Source: Patescibacteria group bacterium (GTDB taxonomy: Bacteria; Patescibacteriota; Patescibacteriia; JAXHNJ01). Taken from it: a stretch of 64,000 nucleotides of DNA. This document shows, piece after piece, positions 8,260-18,790 of this stretch. The stretch spans positions 608,660 through 672,659 of the forward strand of contig JAXHNJ010000002.1 in assembly GCA_034520665.1 (NCBI GenBank), given 5' to 3'. Every line of letters starts with the position of its first letter. Position 1 is the first letter of the stretch. The notes below the pieces were generated by a model. That model was given only the letters and a program-made list of their open reading frames with translations, was not told where the DNA came from and did no database searches. The translations under genes were made by a program, and so were the position numbers.

Positions 8260-10500
8260 TTGTCAAAACGAAAGGATTTTAAATTTATGTCTGTAAAAAG
8301 TTTTTCTACAGAAATTGCCGGTAAAAAATTAATTATCGAAACCGGAAAATTGGCTGATCAGGCCAATGGCTCCTGTACTGTACGCTACGGTGATACGGTG
8401 GTTTTAGCTACTGCTGTCATGAGCCAAACTATCCGCGAGGGTATTGATTACTTTCCTCTGATGGTTGATTACGAAGAGAAGTTATACGCGGCTGGTAAAA
8501 TTAAAGGCTCGCGCTTTATCAAACGCGAGGGCCGGCCTTCAGATGAGGCTATCTTAACCGCTCGTCTGGTAGACCGAGCTTTAAGGCCGTTTTTTGACGA
8601 AAAAATGAGAAATGATGTGCAAGTGGTTATTACAGTTTTATCCATTGATGATGAAAATGATCCGGACATTATTTCTTTGATTGCTGCTTCCTGTGCCGTT
8701 TATATGTCTAATATTCCTTGGCAGGGCCCGGTCGGGTGTTTAAGAGTCGGTCGTGTTAATGGTGAATGGGTGCTTAATCCTTCTAACGAAGCCCGTGAAA
8801 AATCAGAGTTTGACTTAGTCATGGCTGGTACTGGGGAGAAAGTAGCTATGATGGAGGCCGAAGCAGAAGAAACAGCCGAAGGAGTAATTTTAGAAGCCAT
8901 TGAATTTGGCCAGAAACACATGAAAAAAATTACTAAACTAATTGAAGAAGTAAGAAGTGAAGTGGGAGCTGAGAAAATTAAGGGTGATACTGAAGAAATA
9001 GATAAAGAAGAAAAAGAAGAAATAGAAAATTTAGAAAAAAAAGTTAAAGATTTTACCAAAGATAAATTAAAAGAATCATTAAATATAAAAGATAAACTTG
9101 AACGTGAAGAAGCGATTACCAAGATTAAAGACGAATTAAATATAAGTTTGAAAGAGGATAATGAAATCAGTAAGGAGAGGCGAGAAAGAGCGGCTATGAT
9201 TCTACAGGAAATGCTGGATAAAGAAGCCAAGCGTTTGATGTTAGAAGAAGAAGAAAGAGTAGACGGCCGAAAACTGGATGAAGTGCGGCCGGTCAGCTGC
9301 CAAGTGGGGCTTTTGCCGCGTACACACGGCTCGGGTCTTTTTAACCGCGGTGAAACTCAAGTGCTTTCTATAGTTACTTTGGGTTCTCCGGGAGATGAAC
9401 AATTAATTGACACTATGGAAGAGTCGGGTAAAAAACATTACATGCATCATTATAATTTTCCTGGCTTTTCTGTGGGAGAGGTTATTCCTATGCGCGGGCC
9501 AAAAAGAAGAGAAATTGGACACGGTGCTTTAGCTGAAAAAGCTGTCATGCCGCTTTTACCGGACAAAGAAGATTTTCCCTACACTATTCGTGTGGTTTCA
9601 GAAGTTTTATCCTCTAATGGCTCTTCTTCTCAGGCCTCGGTTTGCGGCTCTTCTCTGGCTCTGATGGATGCTGGCGTGCCTTTGAAAAAAGCTGTGGCTG
9701 GTATTGCTATGGGTATAATTATGGATGATCAGGAAAAAGAATATAAAATATTAACCGATATACAAGGTATTGAAGACCACTCGGGTGGTATGGACTTTAA
9801 AGTAGCCGGGACCAGAGACGGCATTACCGCTATTCAACTAGACGTAAAAATCAGCGGCTTAACTCTAGAAATTTGCCGGGAAACTCTGGAAAAAGCTAAA
9901 CAGGCTCGTTTGAAAATTTTAGAAACCATGAATAAGATAATACCCGAACCCAGAAAAGAACTTTCTGAGTATTCTCCGCGTATTGAAACCTTAAAAATCG
10001 ATCCGGAAAAAATAAGAGATGTAATAGGTCGGGGTGGTGAAACCATTAATGAAATCATTGAAGAGTGCGGCGGAAGAGATATTACCAAAATTGATATTGA
10101 GGATGATGGTTTAGTTTTGATAACCTCCAGTGACGCCAAAATGTCCGAAAAAGCCCTTGAATGGGTTAAACAAATAACTCGTGAAATAGAAGTGGGAGAA
10201 ATTTATGAAGGTGATGTTATTCAGATTATTAAAGACCGTAACAATCCCAATAAAGAAATTGGAGCCATTGTAGAAATTTTACCCGAAAAAGACGGTATGG
10301 TGCATATTTCAGAATTTTCTCACAAACACATTAACAAAGTCTCAGATTTAGTGGATGTGGGAGACCATATTAAAGTTAAAGTAATGGAAGTTGATAAAGA
10401 AAGAGGGCGTATTGGCTTATCAGTTAAAGCTTTAACTGAATCAAAAGATAAAAATTATCACCAGAAAAAACGTGATAAAAAAGATTTTAGAAAAAAGTAG
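8260..10500 (+). CDS. pnp: polynucleotide phosphorylase (PNPase)
   Basis: Two RNase PH-like domains, KH and S1 domains (…GEIYEGDVIQII…); classic rpsO-pnp neighbourhood; true start may be the internal M at 8287. Confidence 0.95.
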   Translation: MSKRKDFKFMSVKSFSTEIAGKKLIIETGKLADQANGSCTVRYGDTVVLATAVMSQTIREGIDYFPLMVDYEEKLYAAGKIKGSRFIKREGRPSDEAILTARLVDRALRPFFDEKMRNDVQVVITVLSIDDENDPDIISLIAASCAVYMSNIPWQGPVGCLRVGRVNGEWVLNPSNEAREKSEFDLVMAGTGEKVAMMEAEAEETAEGVILEAIEFGQKHMKKITKLIEEVRSEVGAEKIKGDTEEIDKEEKEEIENLEKKVKDFTKDKLKESLNIKDKLEREEAITKIKDELNISLKEDNEISKERRERAAMILQEMLDKEAKRLMLEEEERVDGRKLDEVRPVSCQVGLLPRTHGSGLFNRGETQVLSIVTLGSPGDEQLIDTMEESGKKHYMHHYNFPGFSVGEVIPMRGPKRREIGHGALAEKAVMPLLPDKEDFPYTIRVVSEVLSSNGSSSQASVCGSSLALMDAGVPLKKAVAGIAMGIIMDDQEKEYKILTDIQGIEDHSGGMDFKVAGTRDGITAIQLDVKISGLTLEICRETLEKAKQARLKILETMNKIIPEPRKELSEYSPRIETLKIDPEKIRDVIGRGGETINEIIEECGGRDITKIDIEDDGLVLITSSDAKMSEKALEWVKQITREIEVGEIYEGDVIQIIKDRNNPNKEIGAIVEILPEKDGMVHISEFSHKHINKVSDLVDVGDHIKVKVMEVDKERGRIGLSVKALTESKDKNYHQKKRDKKDFRKK

Positions 10501-11067
10501 ATGATAATTTCTATTTCTGGCAAACCCGGTTCAGGCAAGTCAACAGTGGCTAAAAAAATAGCCGAAAAATTAAATTATGAGCGTTACTATATGGGCGGTC
10601 TGCGACGGCAGGCCGCCAGAGAAAAAGGCATGACTCTGGCTGAGTATAATCGCTTGGGAGAAAAAGATTTTTCTACTGATAAAGAAGTTGATGAGTATTT
10701 AAAAAAATTGGGCCAAAAGGAAGATAACTTTATAATTGAAGGCCGAACCGCTTTTCATTTTATTCCCCATTCTTATAAAATTTTTCTTGATGTTGAAGCC
10801 GAGGAGGGGGCTAGAAGAATATTTAAAGATATAAAAAAGGGTGGAGCTCAAAGAAATGAAGCTAAAAATCTGGAATCTTTAGAAGATGTTTTAAAAGCTA
10901 ACCAAGAAAGGATGCGTAGTGATGATTTTCGCTATAAAAAATATTATGATTTAGATATTTTTAACCCCAAACACTATGACTTATATTTAGATACCACTAA
11001 TTTAAGTCAAAAAAATGAATTTAAAAAAGTATTTGAAGCGGTTAAAAGAACTATAAACAAGCAATAA
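10501..11067 (+). CDS. cmk: cytidylate kinase-like P-loop NMP kinase
   Basis: MIISISGKPGSGKSTVAKKIAEKL P-loop and overall archaeal/CPR-type CMP kinase layout. Confidence 0.65.
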   Translation: MIISISGKPGSGKSTVAKKIAEKLNYERYYMGGLRRQAAREKGMTLAEYNRLGEKDFSTDKEVDEYLKKLGQKEDNFIIEGRTAFHFIPHSYKIFLDVEAEEGARRIFKDIKKGGAQRNEAKNLESLEDVLKANQERMRSDDFRYKKYYDLDIFNPKHYDLYLDTTNLSQKNEFKKVFEAVKRTINKQ

Positions 11068-11133
11068 TTAAATTGTGGAAAACTAATTAATAAATTTGGC
11101 TAAATTAAGCCAAATTTTTAAATATTTGTAAAC

Positions 11134-11162
11134 TTGACAAAAACAAAATGCTCTGCTATACT
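11134..11162 (+). promoter_or_regulatory. consensus sigma70-type promoter (TTGACA-17-TATACT)
   Basis: TTGACA at 11134-11139, 17-nt spacer, TATACT at 11157-11162. Confidence 0.5.
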
Positions 11163-11169
11163 AGGAGTA

Positions 11170-11560
11170 TCAGTACCTTTATAAATATCAGTTGAGAGAA
11201 GTTTTTACCTAATATTAGTTAAATTTGGATAAAGAGCTTTCTCAACTGTTTCTCAAGGGTGACTAGGCACCCGCTTGAAAAATTTCAAATAAAAACAAAA
11301 AGGGATTTCTTTCCTTATTAAGTAAGAGAGAAATTACCATAAGATGGTTGAGAATTTTGTTTTCTGTAGTTCCTAGTCTGAGAAAACCAAAAGTCTTTTT
11401 AAGACATCATGATTTTCTTTGCCTATCCATTAGGCGAATAAAATCTGGTCATAAAGACTTATCAAAGGGCGTGCTTGCCCTCTAAAGTAATTATTATCAG
11501 GGAGAAAAAGTACGCCCTCTTTAGTTTGTTTAAAATTATTTTAAATATGGCTAATATTAA
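11170..11560 (+). ncRNA. candidate structured untranslated RNA / long leader between two consensus promoters
   Basis: No ORF; long-range complementarity (cagttgagag...ctctcaactg; caagggtg-actagg-cacccgcttg; agggcgtgcttgccct) downstream of a perfect promoter; class not identifiable by eye. Confidence 0.2.
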
Positions 11561-11570
11561 ATACTAGTTC

Positions 11571-11599
11571 TTGACAAAAGTGAAAAATTAGTATATAAT
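11571..11599 (+). promoter_or_regulatory. consensus sigma70-type promoter (TTGACA-17-TATAAT)
   Basis: TTGACA 11571-11576, 17-nt spacer, TATAAT 11594-11599; about 230 nt upstream of the 1333-aa gene. Confidence 0.5.
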
Positions 11600-11831
11600 A
11601 AGTATAGGAGCTGTATATAGATTAAAAAAAATCTTAATTATTAGAAAAGTTTGATTACTTTTCTTCGATGTTATATATAAAAACAAAAATTAGCAGCTGT
11701 ATCTTTTTGGAGGGTAAATAGATCCGCGTTTTTTGCGGTCTTTTTTTATTTAAAATAACACCTTAATATATAAGAAAAACTTATGGTCGATAAGTTTAAA
11801 TAAAAAAATTATAATTAAAAAAGGAAAAATT

Positions 11832-14800
11832 ATGAAAAAAATATTTAGATCGATTATTTGCTCGCTCGCTATTTTTGGTCTTTTGTTTTCGTATTCTTCA
11901 CTGGGTTTTGTTCTAGAGGCAAAAGCGACTACGGCCTCAATTAGTGTGAGTCCAGCTGATACTAGTTTAGATGTTTCTACTAGCTATAACTATTCATTTA
12001 ATATTAGTTCTGAATTATCATCACCTAATCCAAGTACGCCTATAGTGATGAGAATTCAACATTGGTATGGTGGACCGCCAAGTGATGGTGCAGAAATTGA
12101 TTTTACTAATACCTCGGTTAGTTGGTTTAAAGATGATGGTACAGCCATTTCTGGAGTCTCCGGTCAAATAGACCCAACCAGTGGTGAATTTCGAGTTGAT
12201 ATTCCTGGAGATAATACTTTAGCAGCCGGTAGTACTTTATCTATAAAACTAAATGATGTTGGTAACGCCTCAGTAGCTGGTAATTATTCAGTACGGGTTA
12301 ATACAGCTAGTGGCGGTATGCAAACTGAAAATGCTTTTAGTTTAGGTATTGATAAATATATCGAAGGTTATGTTACTTATGATTCTGGCGGTAGAGTTTC
12401 CACTTGTTCGGTTAACGCTAATCTTGAAAGCGGACAAGCCTGGGCCAATGCTAATTGTGATAGCAATGGTTATTATAAATTAGCTTTGACTCAAACTGGC
12501 AACTGGCGGTTGCATTTAGACGCGAAGCATGAAGACGGACAAAGAGTAACCACAGACTGGATTTATAATAGTATGGACCCAACAGTTAGTGTTAGCGGAG
12601 CTGGTACGATTACAAAAAACTTTACCGTAGAAAAAGCCACCTCTACTGTTACTGGTAAAATAGTTAATCTTGACGGCAGCACTTTATCTGATCCTATGCA
12701 GTTTCATCTTGATTTAAGAAATGAACAAGGCCGGGGCTCTGGTACCGGACTTTCTGAAAATGGATCTTTTTCTATTCCTATTAAAGCCGGTACTTATAAA
12801 TTATCTCTTCATTCGCAAGATCCAAAGTATTATGTAGAGGCCAAGAAAGTTCAGGTTGATGAAAATGAAACTAAAAAATTAGGTAATATAAATTTAAAAG
12901 AAAAAACAGCTCAAATTAAAGGCCGCGTAGTTAATAGTAGTGGTAGCCCTATTTCAAATTTACGGATGAATATGTGGGGCCAGCAAGGCTGGGGTGAAGC
13001 CATTACAGATGCTGACGGATATTATACTATGTGGGGTTATCCAGGAGAATGGGAGGTTAGACCGGATGACTGGGATGCTTCTAATAAAGGACTTTTATTA
13101 AGTGGTCCTCCATCCAGGGTTACTATTAGTTCAACCAATCAAACAATTACTGGTATTAATTTTACACTTTTAGCTTCTGATGCCAGTGTTACTTTAAATT
13201 TAGTCGATTCAAGCGGTTCAGCTGTTGAAAATGTCTTTGGTTGGGCTTTTTGCCGCAAAGCTGGACAAATGCCCGGACCAGGCAATGAATTTGGTACTGG
13301 TATTCAGGGATCCAGCGCTCAGATTCCTTTAATTGGCGGTAATTCCTATATTTGTGGCGTTCATATGCCTCCGGAAGTAAATATGTCAGTTGATGATGAA
13401 GTAGAAGTGACTCTGTCCAGTGGTCAAAATAAAACAGCTAATATTACGCTTCTTAATAATGACGCGGTTATAACTGGTTTTTTAAGAGATGCTTCAACTG
13501 GTGAGGTAATTACCGGAGTTGAGGGTGAAGTCTTTGCTCACGGTGAAAGTATGGGTATGGGTTATCATTCAAGAATAAATTCTGACGGTAGTTACCGTCT
13601 TTCAGTCAGACACGGCACTTACTTTATCGGCTATAAATTACATTCATCCGGCTTTATGCAGGGTGATTCAGACCATTCTCCAGTAACTGTTTCAGCTAAT
13701 GGTCAGACCGTTAAAACAATTAGAGTTCATCGGGCTAATGCACAGATTAAAGCCAAGGTCTATGATCCCAAAGGTAATCCTGTGCCTTGGGCCTGGGTCT
13801 GGTGTGATAATATGAAACAAAAAGAGCAGGAAGTAGAAGGGCCTTTTGAAGGCGGCGACGTTCTTCACACCGGAGGCGAAACTAATGGCAGTGGGGTGGC
13901 TAATTTAGGGGTAGTAGCCGGCTCATATTCTTGTTCAGCTGGTTTGCCCCCTGAAATGTCCAGTTATATGCCACCGGATATGGTAGACGTGACAGCTACT
14001 GCTAATACTGATACTAATATAACTTTGCGCTTTAAAGAGTCAGAAGGTAATGTTACTGGTTCAGTTACTATGACTGATGGATCTAGTGTTAATATGGGCT
14101 TTTGCCATGCTTGGAATCCAGACGGCGGTTTTTCCGGCAGTCCGGTTATGGGTGGCCAGTTTAATATTCCTTTAACTAAAGGTACCTGGTATGTTGGTTG
14201 TGATTCAAAAGACGGCAAAAAGTTTTACCGCTCAGAAGAAACTTCAATAACTTTAAGTACGGTTGGAGATACCTTAAATAAAAACTTTGTTTTAAGAAAA
14301 GCCAGCTTTGAACTGCCGGATGCTATCAGTAAAACTTTTGATGCGGCTCAGATGACAGTAATAGATTTACCCGATCAATCAACTATTAGTATTCCGGCCA
14401 ATGCTATAGCCAACAGCGGTAATTATACTTTAACCGCTACCCCCAATACCGACCTTTATCACACTCCAGAAGCTAAACCGGCTTTGGGTTTTGCCTGGAG
14501 TTTGGAATTAACTGATTCTTCTGGACAAAGTGTTACCTCCAGTTTTAACAGTGATATTACTTTGACTGTTAAATATGATGATGAATATTTGGTCTCTGAA
14601 GGTATTGATGAAACCAAAATAATTGGCCGCTATTGGGACGAGAGTTCATCCACCTGGAAATTACCGGAAAATGTAATTCAGGATTCAGTCAATAATACCA
14701 TTAGTATTTATGTCAATCACTTTACCGACTTTGCCGTGACTACTGGTTCAAGCCAAACTGGCTCCCGGGCAGCTAAAAATATAGTTACCGGAGCCAAAAC

Positions 14801-15833
14801 TGGTGCTGGCCCGCATGTTACTATGTGGGATGCCCAAGGTAATAATCAAGCTAATTTTATGGCTTATGCCACTAATTTTCGCGGCGGGGTTAGAGCCGTT
14901 TCTGATGATTTAGACGGTGATGGTATTAAAGAAATAGTCACCGTGCCTTACTCAGCTGGCGGACCGCATGTCAGAGTCTTTAATAGTGACGGTGAAAACT
15001 TAGCTAATGTTTTTCCTTATACCACCGCTTTCCGCGGCGGCCTTTCTCTGGCTACTGGTGATGTTGACGGTGATGGCGGAGCTGAAATAATCGTGGCTCC
15101 GAGTAGTAACGGTGGTCCTCACGTCAGAGTTTATAAGTATGCTGAAGGAGAATTAAGCCATTATGCTTCCTGGTTTGCTTATCCAGAGGATTTAAGAACA
15201 GGTATGGAAGTTTATGCTGGTGATGTTGACGGAGACGGCCAGGACGAAGTAGTAACGGCTACCAAGTCCGGCGCTACGCCTCATGTCAGAGTGTTTGAAG
15301 GAGACTCAACTTTTATTAACCATTTCTTTGCCTTTCCAACAGCCTTTCGCGGCGGAGTTAATGTGACTTTAGGTGATTATGATGGTGACGGTAGTAAAGA
15401 TATTGTTACTTCTCCAGCTTCTAGTGGTGGCCCTCAATATAGAGTCTTTAATAGTGAAGGCGGACTTTTAACTTCCGGCTTTGCTTATAATGAAAACTGG
15501 CGTTTGGGTATGAAGACCGAAGTCGGTGATGTTGACGGAGATGGTGAAATTGAAATTATCACAGCTCCTTCCAATGGCGGACCTCATGTTAAAGTATTTA
15601 ATTCTGATGGACTAGAGTCTCAATTTATGGCTTACAACTCAACTTTCCGCGGTGGTTTGGAATTAGCAGTATCAGATATTGATGCTGACGGCACGGCTGA
15701 TATTGTGACTGTGCCCATGGGTCAAGGCGGACCTCATGTTAAGGTTCAAAATTCAACCGGCGGATTAGTTGATCACTTTATGAGTCATCACCAAGCTTTC
15801 CGTGGCGGGGTTAATCTGACTATTAGCCAGTAA
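11832..15833 (+). CDS. giant secreted surface protein with Ig-like/carboxypeptidase-regulatory-like repeats and C-terminal FG-GAP/integrin-alpha-type beta-propeller repeats
   Basis: Signal peptide MKKIFRSIICSLAIFGLLFSYSSLGFVLEAKA; about 7 C-terminal repeats of GGPHVRVF...F..FRGG...GDVDGDG..EIV. Confidence 0.85.
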   Translation: MKKIFRSIICSLAIFGLLFSYSSLGFVLEAKATTASISVSPADTSLDVSTSYNYSFNISSELSSPNPSTPIVMRIQHWYGGPPSDGAEIDFTNTSVSWFKDDGTAISGVSGQIDPTSGEFRVDIPGDNTLAAGSTLSIKLNDVGNASVAGNYSVRVNTASGGMQTENAFSLGIDKYIEGYVTYDSGGRVSTCSVNANLESGQAWANANCDSNGYYKLALTQTGNWRLHLDAKHEDGQRVTTDWIYNSMDPTVSVSGAGTITKNFTVEKATSTVTGKIVNLDGSTLSDPMQFHLDLRNEQGRGSGTGLSENGSFSIPIKAGTYKLSLHSQDPKYYVEAKKVQVDENETKKLGNINLKEKTAQIKGRVVNSSGSPISNLRMNMWGQQGWGEAITDADGYYTMWGYPGEWEVRPDDWDASNKGLLLSGPPSRVTISSTNQTITGINFTLLASDASVTLNLVDSSGSAVENVFGWAFCRKAGQMPGPGNEFGTGIQGSSAQIPLIGGNSYICGVHMPPEVNMSVDDEVEVTLSSGQNKTANITLLNNDAVITGFLRDASTGEVITGVEGEVFAHGESMGMGYHSRINSDGSYRLSVRHGTYFIGYKLHSSGFMQGDSDHSPVTVSANGQTVKTIRVHRANAQIKAKVYDPKGNPVPWAWVWCDNMKQKEQEVEGPFEGGDVLHTGGETNGSGVANLGVVAGSYSCSAGLPPEMSSYMPPDMVDVTATANTDTNITLRFKESEGNVTGSVTMTDGSSVNMGFCHAWNPDGGFSGSPVMGGQFNIPLTKGTWYVGCDSKDGKKFYRSEETSITLSTVGDTLNKNFVLRKASFELPDAISKTFDAAQMTVIDLPDQSTISIPANAIANSGNYTLTATPNTDLYHTPEAKPALGFAWSLELTDSSGQSVTSSFNSDITLTVKYDDEYLVSEGIDETKIIGRYWDESSSTWKLPENVIQDSVNNTISIYVNHFTDFAVTTGSSQTGSRAAKNIVTGAKTGAGPHVTMWDAQGNNQANFMAYATNFRGGVRAVSDDLDGDGIKEIVTVPYSAGGPHVRVFNSDGENLANVFPYTTAFRGGLSLATGDVDGDGGAEIIVAPSSNGGPHVRVYKYAEGELSHYASWFAYPEDLRTGMEVYAGDVDGDGQDEVVTATKSGATPHVRVFEGDSTFINHFFAFPTAFRGGVNVTLGDYDGDGSKDIVTSPASSGGPQYRVFNSEGGLLTSGFAYNENWRLGMKTEVGDVDGDGEIEIITAPSNGGPHVKVFNSDGLESQFMAYNSTFRGGLELAVSDIDADGTADIVTVPMGQGGPHVKVQNSTGGLVDHFMSHHQAFRGGVNLTISQ

Positions 15834-15875
15834 AAAAATAACAACTGAATATAGTCAAAAACAAAAAAATCAAAA

Positions 15876-15898
15876 AGCTCCTTAAAAAGGGGCTTTTT
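15876..15898 (+). terminator. rho-independent terminator-like hairpin plus T-run
   Basis: agctcctt-aaaa-aggggct followed by ttttt just after the stop of the giant gene. Confidence 0.45.
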
Positions 15899-16129
15899 GA
15901 ATATACTAATATTTAATCAAAACAATTGAAAAATCTTTATTTCTTTGTAAGCCGGATTCCAATATTCTTCAGCCTAGTCAAAGTCATTTGCGGTTTCCAA
16001 TATCAATACGGCTAATGTTTTTGCTGATAATTTTAAAAAATTAATTAAGTATTTGATCTCTCTCTGCGGTAAGTTCTAATACTTGTCTGCTCGCCAAACT
16101 TTTAAGATAGGTGAGAATAGGGGAATTTT

Positions 16130-16260
16130 TGTCCAATCCACGATGATATTCAGCAGGCGGACCGAATGTCAGAATTTACAAATGGAATACTTTAACTGAA
16201 AATATGGCAATTGATTATTGGTTTATGGGCTATCTTTCTTCTTATCGCCTAGGACTAGAA
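16130..16260 (+). pseudogene. remnant of an FG-GAP-repeat gene
   Basis: cagcaggcggaccgaatgtcagaatttacaaatgg encodes SAGGPNVRIYKW..., homologous to the SAGGPHVRVFNS repeat of the upstream gene, but with no intact ORF. Confidence 0.35.
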
Positions 16261-16390
16261 GTAAAGAAATTTATTAAAATTTTGCTAATCTAAAATAAGA
16301 AAATCAGCTCCAAAAATAATCCACAGGGGCTGGTTTTCATATATTGACTATAGTGATATAATGTAAACCCTAATTATTAATATTATTTTT

Positions 16391-16738
16391 ATGGATCAAG
16401 AATTTATTCAAAAAATGAAAAGAAATTTAGAATTAGAAAAGTATGAAATCAGAAAGAGATTGGGTCATTTTGGCCAGGAAGACGCTCATGTTAAGGATGA
16501 TTTTCACACAGATTTTCCAGAATTTGGAAATAAGGATGAAGATAATGCCACCGAAGTAGCGGAATATATGAATAATCTTTCTCTAGAAGGAAATTTAGAA
16601 AGCCGCATAAAAGAAATTGATGAAGCTTTAGAGAGTATTGAAAAAGGTACTTATGGTTATTGTAAAAATTGCCAAAAAGAAATTAACCCCGAAAGACTAA
16701 AAATAAATCCGGCGGCCAAAACCTGTGTTCAATGTTAA
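16391..16738 (+). CDS. DksA/TraR-family C4 zinc-finger protein
   Basis: C-terminal CKNC-x17-CVQC zinc finger with a coiled-coil N-terminus. Confidence 0.7.
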   Translation: MDQEFIQKMKRNLELEKYEIRKRLGHFGQEDAHVKDDFHTDFPEFGNKDEDNATEVAEYMNNLSLEGNLESRIKEIDEALESIEKGTYGYCKNCQKEINPERLKINPAAKTCVQC

Positions 16739-17214
16739 ATTCAAGACCTGTTTTTAAAAATAAATATTTTATTTTTATAATAATTTTTTTTACTTTTCTT
16801 CTGGATCGTTTAATAAAATTGATGATTATTAAGAAAGAAAGTTTTTTTATTATCCAGGATTTTTTAAAAATAAATTATTATGCCAACTGGGGTATTGCCT
16901 TGAGTCTGCCGGTTAGTCAGTACATAATCTATCCTTTAGTAGTACTGATTATGCTGATTATTTTTTATTATTTTTACCTTTCTCTGAAAAAAAATAATTA
17001 TCTTATGATTTGGTCTTTTGGTTTAATTTTTGTCGGCGCTTTTTCTAATCTTCTTGACCGTTTCCGTTTTGGCCATGTAATTGATTATGTAAATTTTGTC
17101 GGACGTTTTCCGGTCTTTAACTTAGCTGATGTGATGATAGTTTGTGGGATATTTTTATTTTTAGTAAATGAAATTAATAAAAACCGAAGAAAAAAAATTT
17201 ATAAAAAAACTTGA
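16732..17214 (+). CDS. lspA: lipoprotein signal peptidase (signal peptidase II)
   Basis: Four TM layout with NYYANWGIALSL, FVGAFSNLLDR and FNLADVMI motifs. Confidence 0.85.
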   Translation: MLNSRPVFKNKYFIFIIIFFTFLLDRLIKLMIIKKESFFIIQDFLKINYYANWGIALSLPVSQYIIYPLVVLIMLIIFYYFYLSLKKNNYLMIWSFGLIFVGAFSNLLDRFRFGHVIDYVNFVGRFPVFNLADVMIVCGIFLFLVNEINKNRRKKIYKKT

Positions 17215-17275
17215 CTAATAAGATCTTGTTTGATAGTTTTAAGTAAGGTGGCTTAAAAGAAAGCGACCTTTTTTT

Positions 17276-18790
17276 ATGTCTACAAAAATTTATTCAGCCA
17301 GTATAATCGGCCTTGACTCGGTTTTAGTCGAGGTTGAGGCTGATATTAATAATGGTCTACCGCGTACTCATATAGTTGGTTTACCGGATAAGGCTTGTCA
17401 AGAAGCAGCTGAGAGAGTGCGTTCAGCGGTTAAAAACAGCGGTTTTTATTTTCCGGTGAGAAAATTAACAGTTAACCTGGCCCCGGCTGATGTCCGCAAA
17501 GAAGGGCCTTCCTTTGATTTATCTATGGCTATAGCCGTGCTTTGTATTTCCGGTCAGCTGGAAAAAGATTTAAGTCAATCAATTTTTATTGGTGAATTAT
17601 CTTTGGGCGGTGAATTAAGACCAGTTAACGGTATTTTGCCAGTAGTACAACTAGCAAGAAAAAAGAATATTAAAAATATTTTTTTACCGGAAAAAAACGC
17701 TAATGAAGCTTGTTTAGTGCCGGGGCCTAATATCTATCCTTGCCAAAGCCTGTATCAATTAATGCGTCACTTAAAGAAAAAAGAATTAATAAAAGCGCAC
17801 AAATATGTTCATAAGAAAAAAAATAAAATTGATAAATCTCGAGATATGGCTTTTATTAAGGGTCAGGAACACGCCAAGCGAGCTTTGGAAGTAGCGGCTG
17901 CTGGCCATCATAATATTCTAATGACTGGACCGCCGGGTTCTGGTAAAACTCTTTTGTCAAAATCCCTAACCACTATTTTACCGCAAATGAAGCTGGATAA
18001 CTCCCTGGAAGTAACCAAAATTTATTCAGTGGCTGGTATGGTTAAGTCAAATAACCCCTTAATTACTAAAAGGCCTTTTCGCTCGCCTCATCATACGGCT
18101 TCAGCCGCCTCCATCATCGGCGGTGGCCGTGTGCCCCGGCCGGGCGAGGTCTCTTTGGCCCACCGAGGAGTTTTATTTTTAGATGAGTTGCCGGAGTTTC
18201 AAAGGCAGGTTTTAGAAAGCCTGCGCCAGCCTTTAGAAGACGGGGAAGTAACAGTGGCCAGAGTTTCTGGCAGCATGACTTTTCCGGCGAATTTTATGCT
18301 AGTGGCGGCTTTGAACCCTTGTCCTTGCGGCTATTACTCTGATCCTTCTCATGAATGCACTTGTTCACCCTCTCAAATTATTCGCTATCGTAAAAAGATT
18401 TCCGGGCCATTGCTTGATCGGATTGATATTCATATTGAAGTGCCGCGACTCAAAACAGAAAAGATATTAAAAAAAGCTAAAGGTGAGTCTTCAGCGGCCA
18501 TTAAAAAAAGAGTAAAAAAAGCGCAAAGTACTCAGCGTCAAAGATTTAAAAAGATAAAGATAAAAAATAATTCAGAAATTCCAGCCCGCAATATTGACCA
18601 ATTTTGCTCTTTGAATGAAAAAGGTCGCCAACTAATAAAAAATTCCACTATTCAGCTTAATTTATCCGTGCGTTCTTACCATAAGGTTCTAAAAATTGCT
18701 CGTACTATTGCTGATTTAGATGTTTCAGAAAAGGTTGAAGTAAAGCATTTGGCCGAAGCCTTGCAGTACCGGCCTAAAATGGATAATTAA
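17276..18790 (+). CDS. comM: YifB/ComM-family Mg-chelatase-like AAA+ ATPase
   Basis: N-terminal Lon-protease-like S5 domain, Walker A GPPGSGKT, ChlI-type AAA core, C-terminal Mg-chelatase domain. Confidence 0.9.
   Translation: MSTKIYSASIIGLDSVLVEVEADINNGLPRTHIVGLPDKACQEAAERVRSAVKNSGFYFPVRKLTVNLAPADVRKEGPSFDLSMAIAVLCISGQLEKDLSQSIFIGELSLGGELRPVNGILPVVQLARKKNIKNIFLPEKNANEACLVPGPNIYPCQSLYQLMRHLKKKELIKAHKYVHKKKNKIDKSRDMAFIKGQEHAKRALEVAAAGHHNILMTGPPGSGKTLLSKSLTTILPQMKLDNSLEVTKIYSVAGMVKSNNPLITKRPFRSPHHTASAASIIGGGRVPRPGEVSLAHRGVLFLDELPEFQRQVLESLRQPLEDGEVTVARVSGSMTFPANFMLVAALNPCPCGYYSDPSHECTCSPSQIIRYRKKISGPLLDRIDIHIEVPRLKTEKILKKAKGESSAAIKKRVKKAQSTQRQRFKKIKIKNNSEIPARNIDQFCSLNEKGRQLIKNSTIQLNLSVRSYHKVLKIARTIADLDVSEKVEVKHLAEALQYRPKMDN

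Noticed and set aside
8469-10139. Antisense ORFs inside pnp (8469..8669, 8700..9230, 9834..10139 minus)
   Set aside because: They lie entirely within the well-supported PNPase frame, are Ser/Leu-rich low-complexity translations of the opposite strand, and have no independent signals.
11170-11560. Confident assignment of the inter-promoter RNA as RNase P RNA or tmRNA
   Set aside because: The conserved RNase P CR-I (AGGAAAGUCCGGGCUCC) and the tmRNA tRNA-like 3' end (GGUUCGA...CCACCA) are not found in the segment; left as an unclassified candidate.
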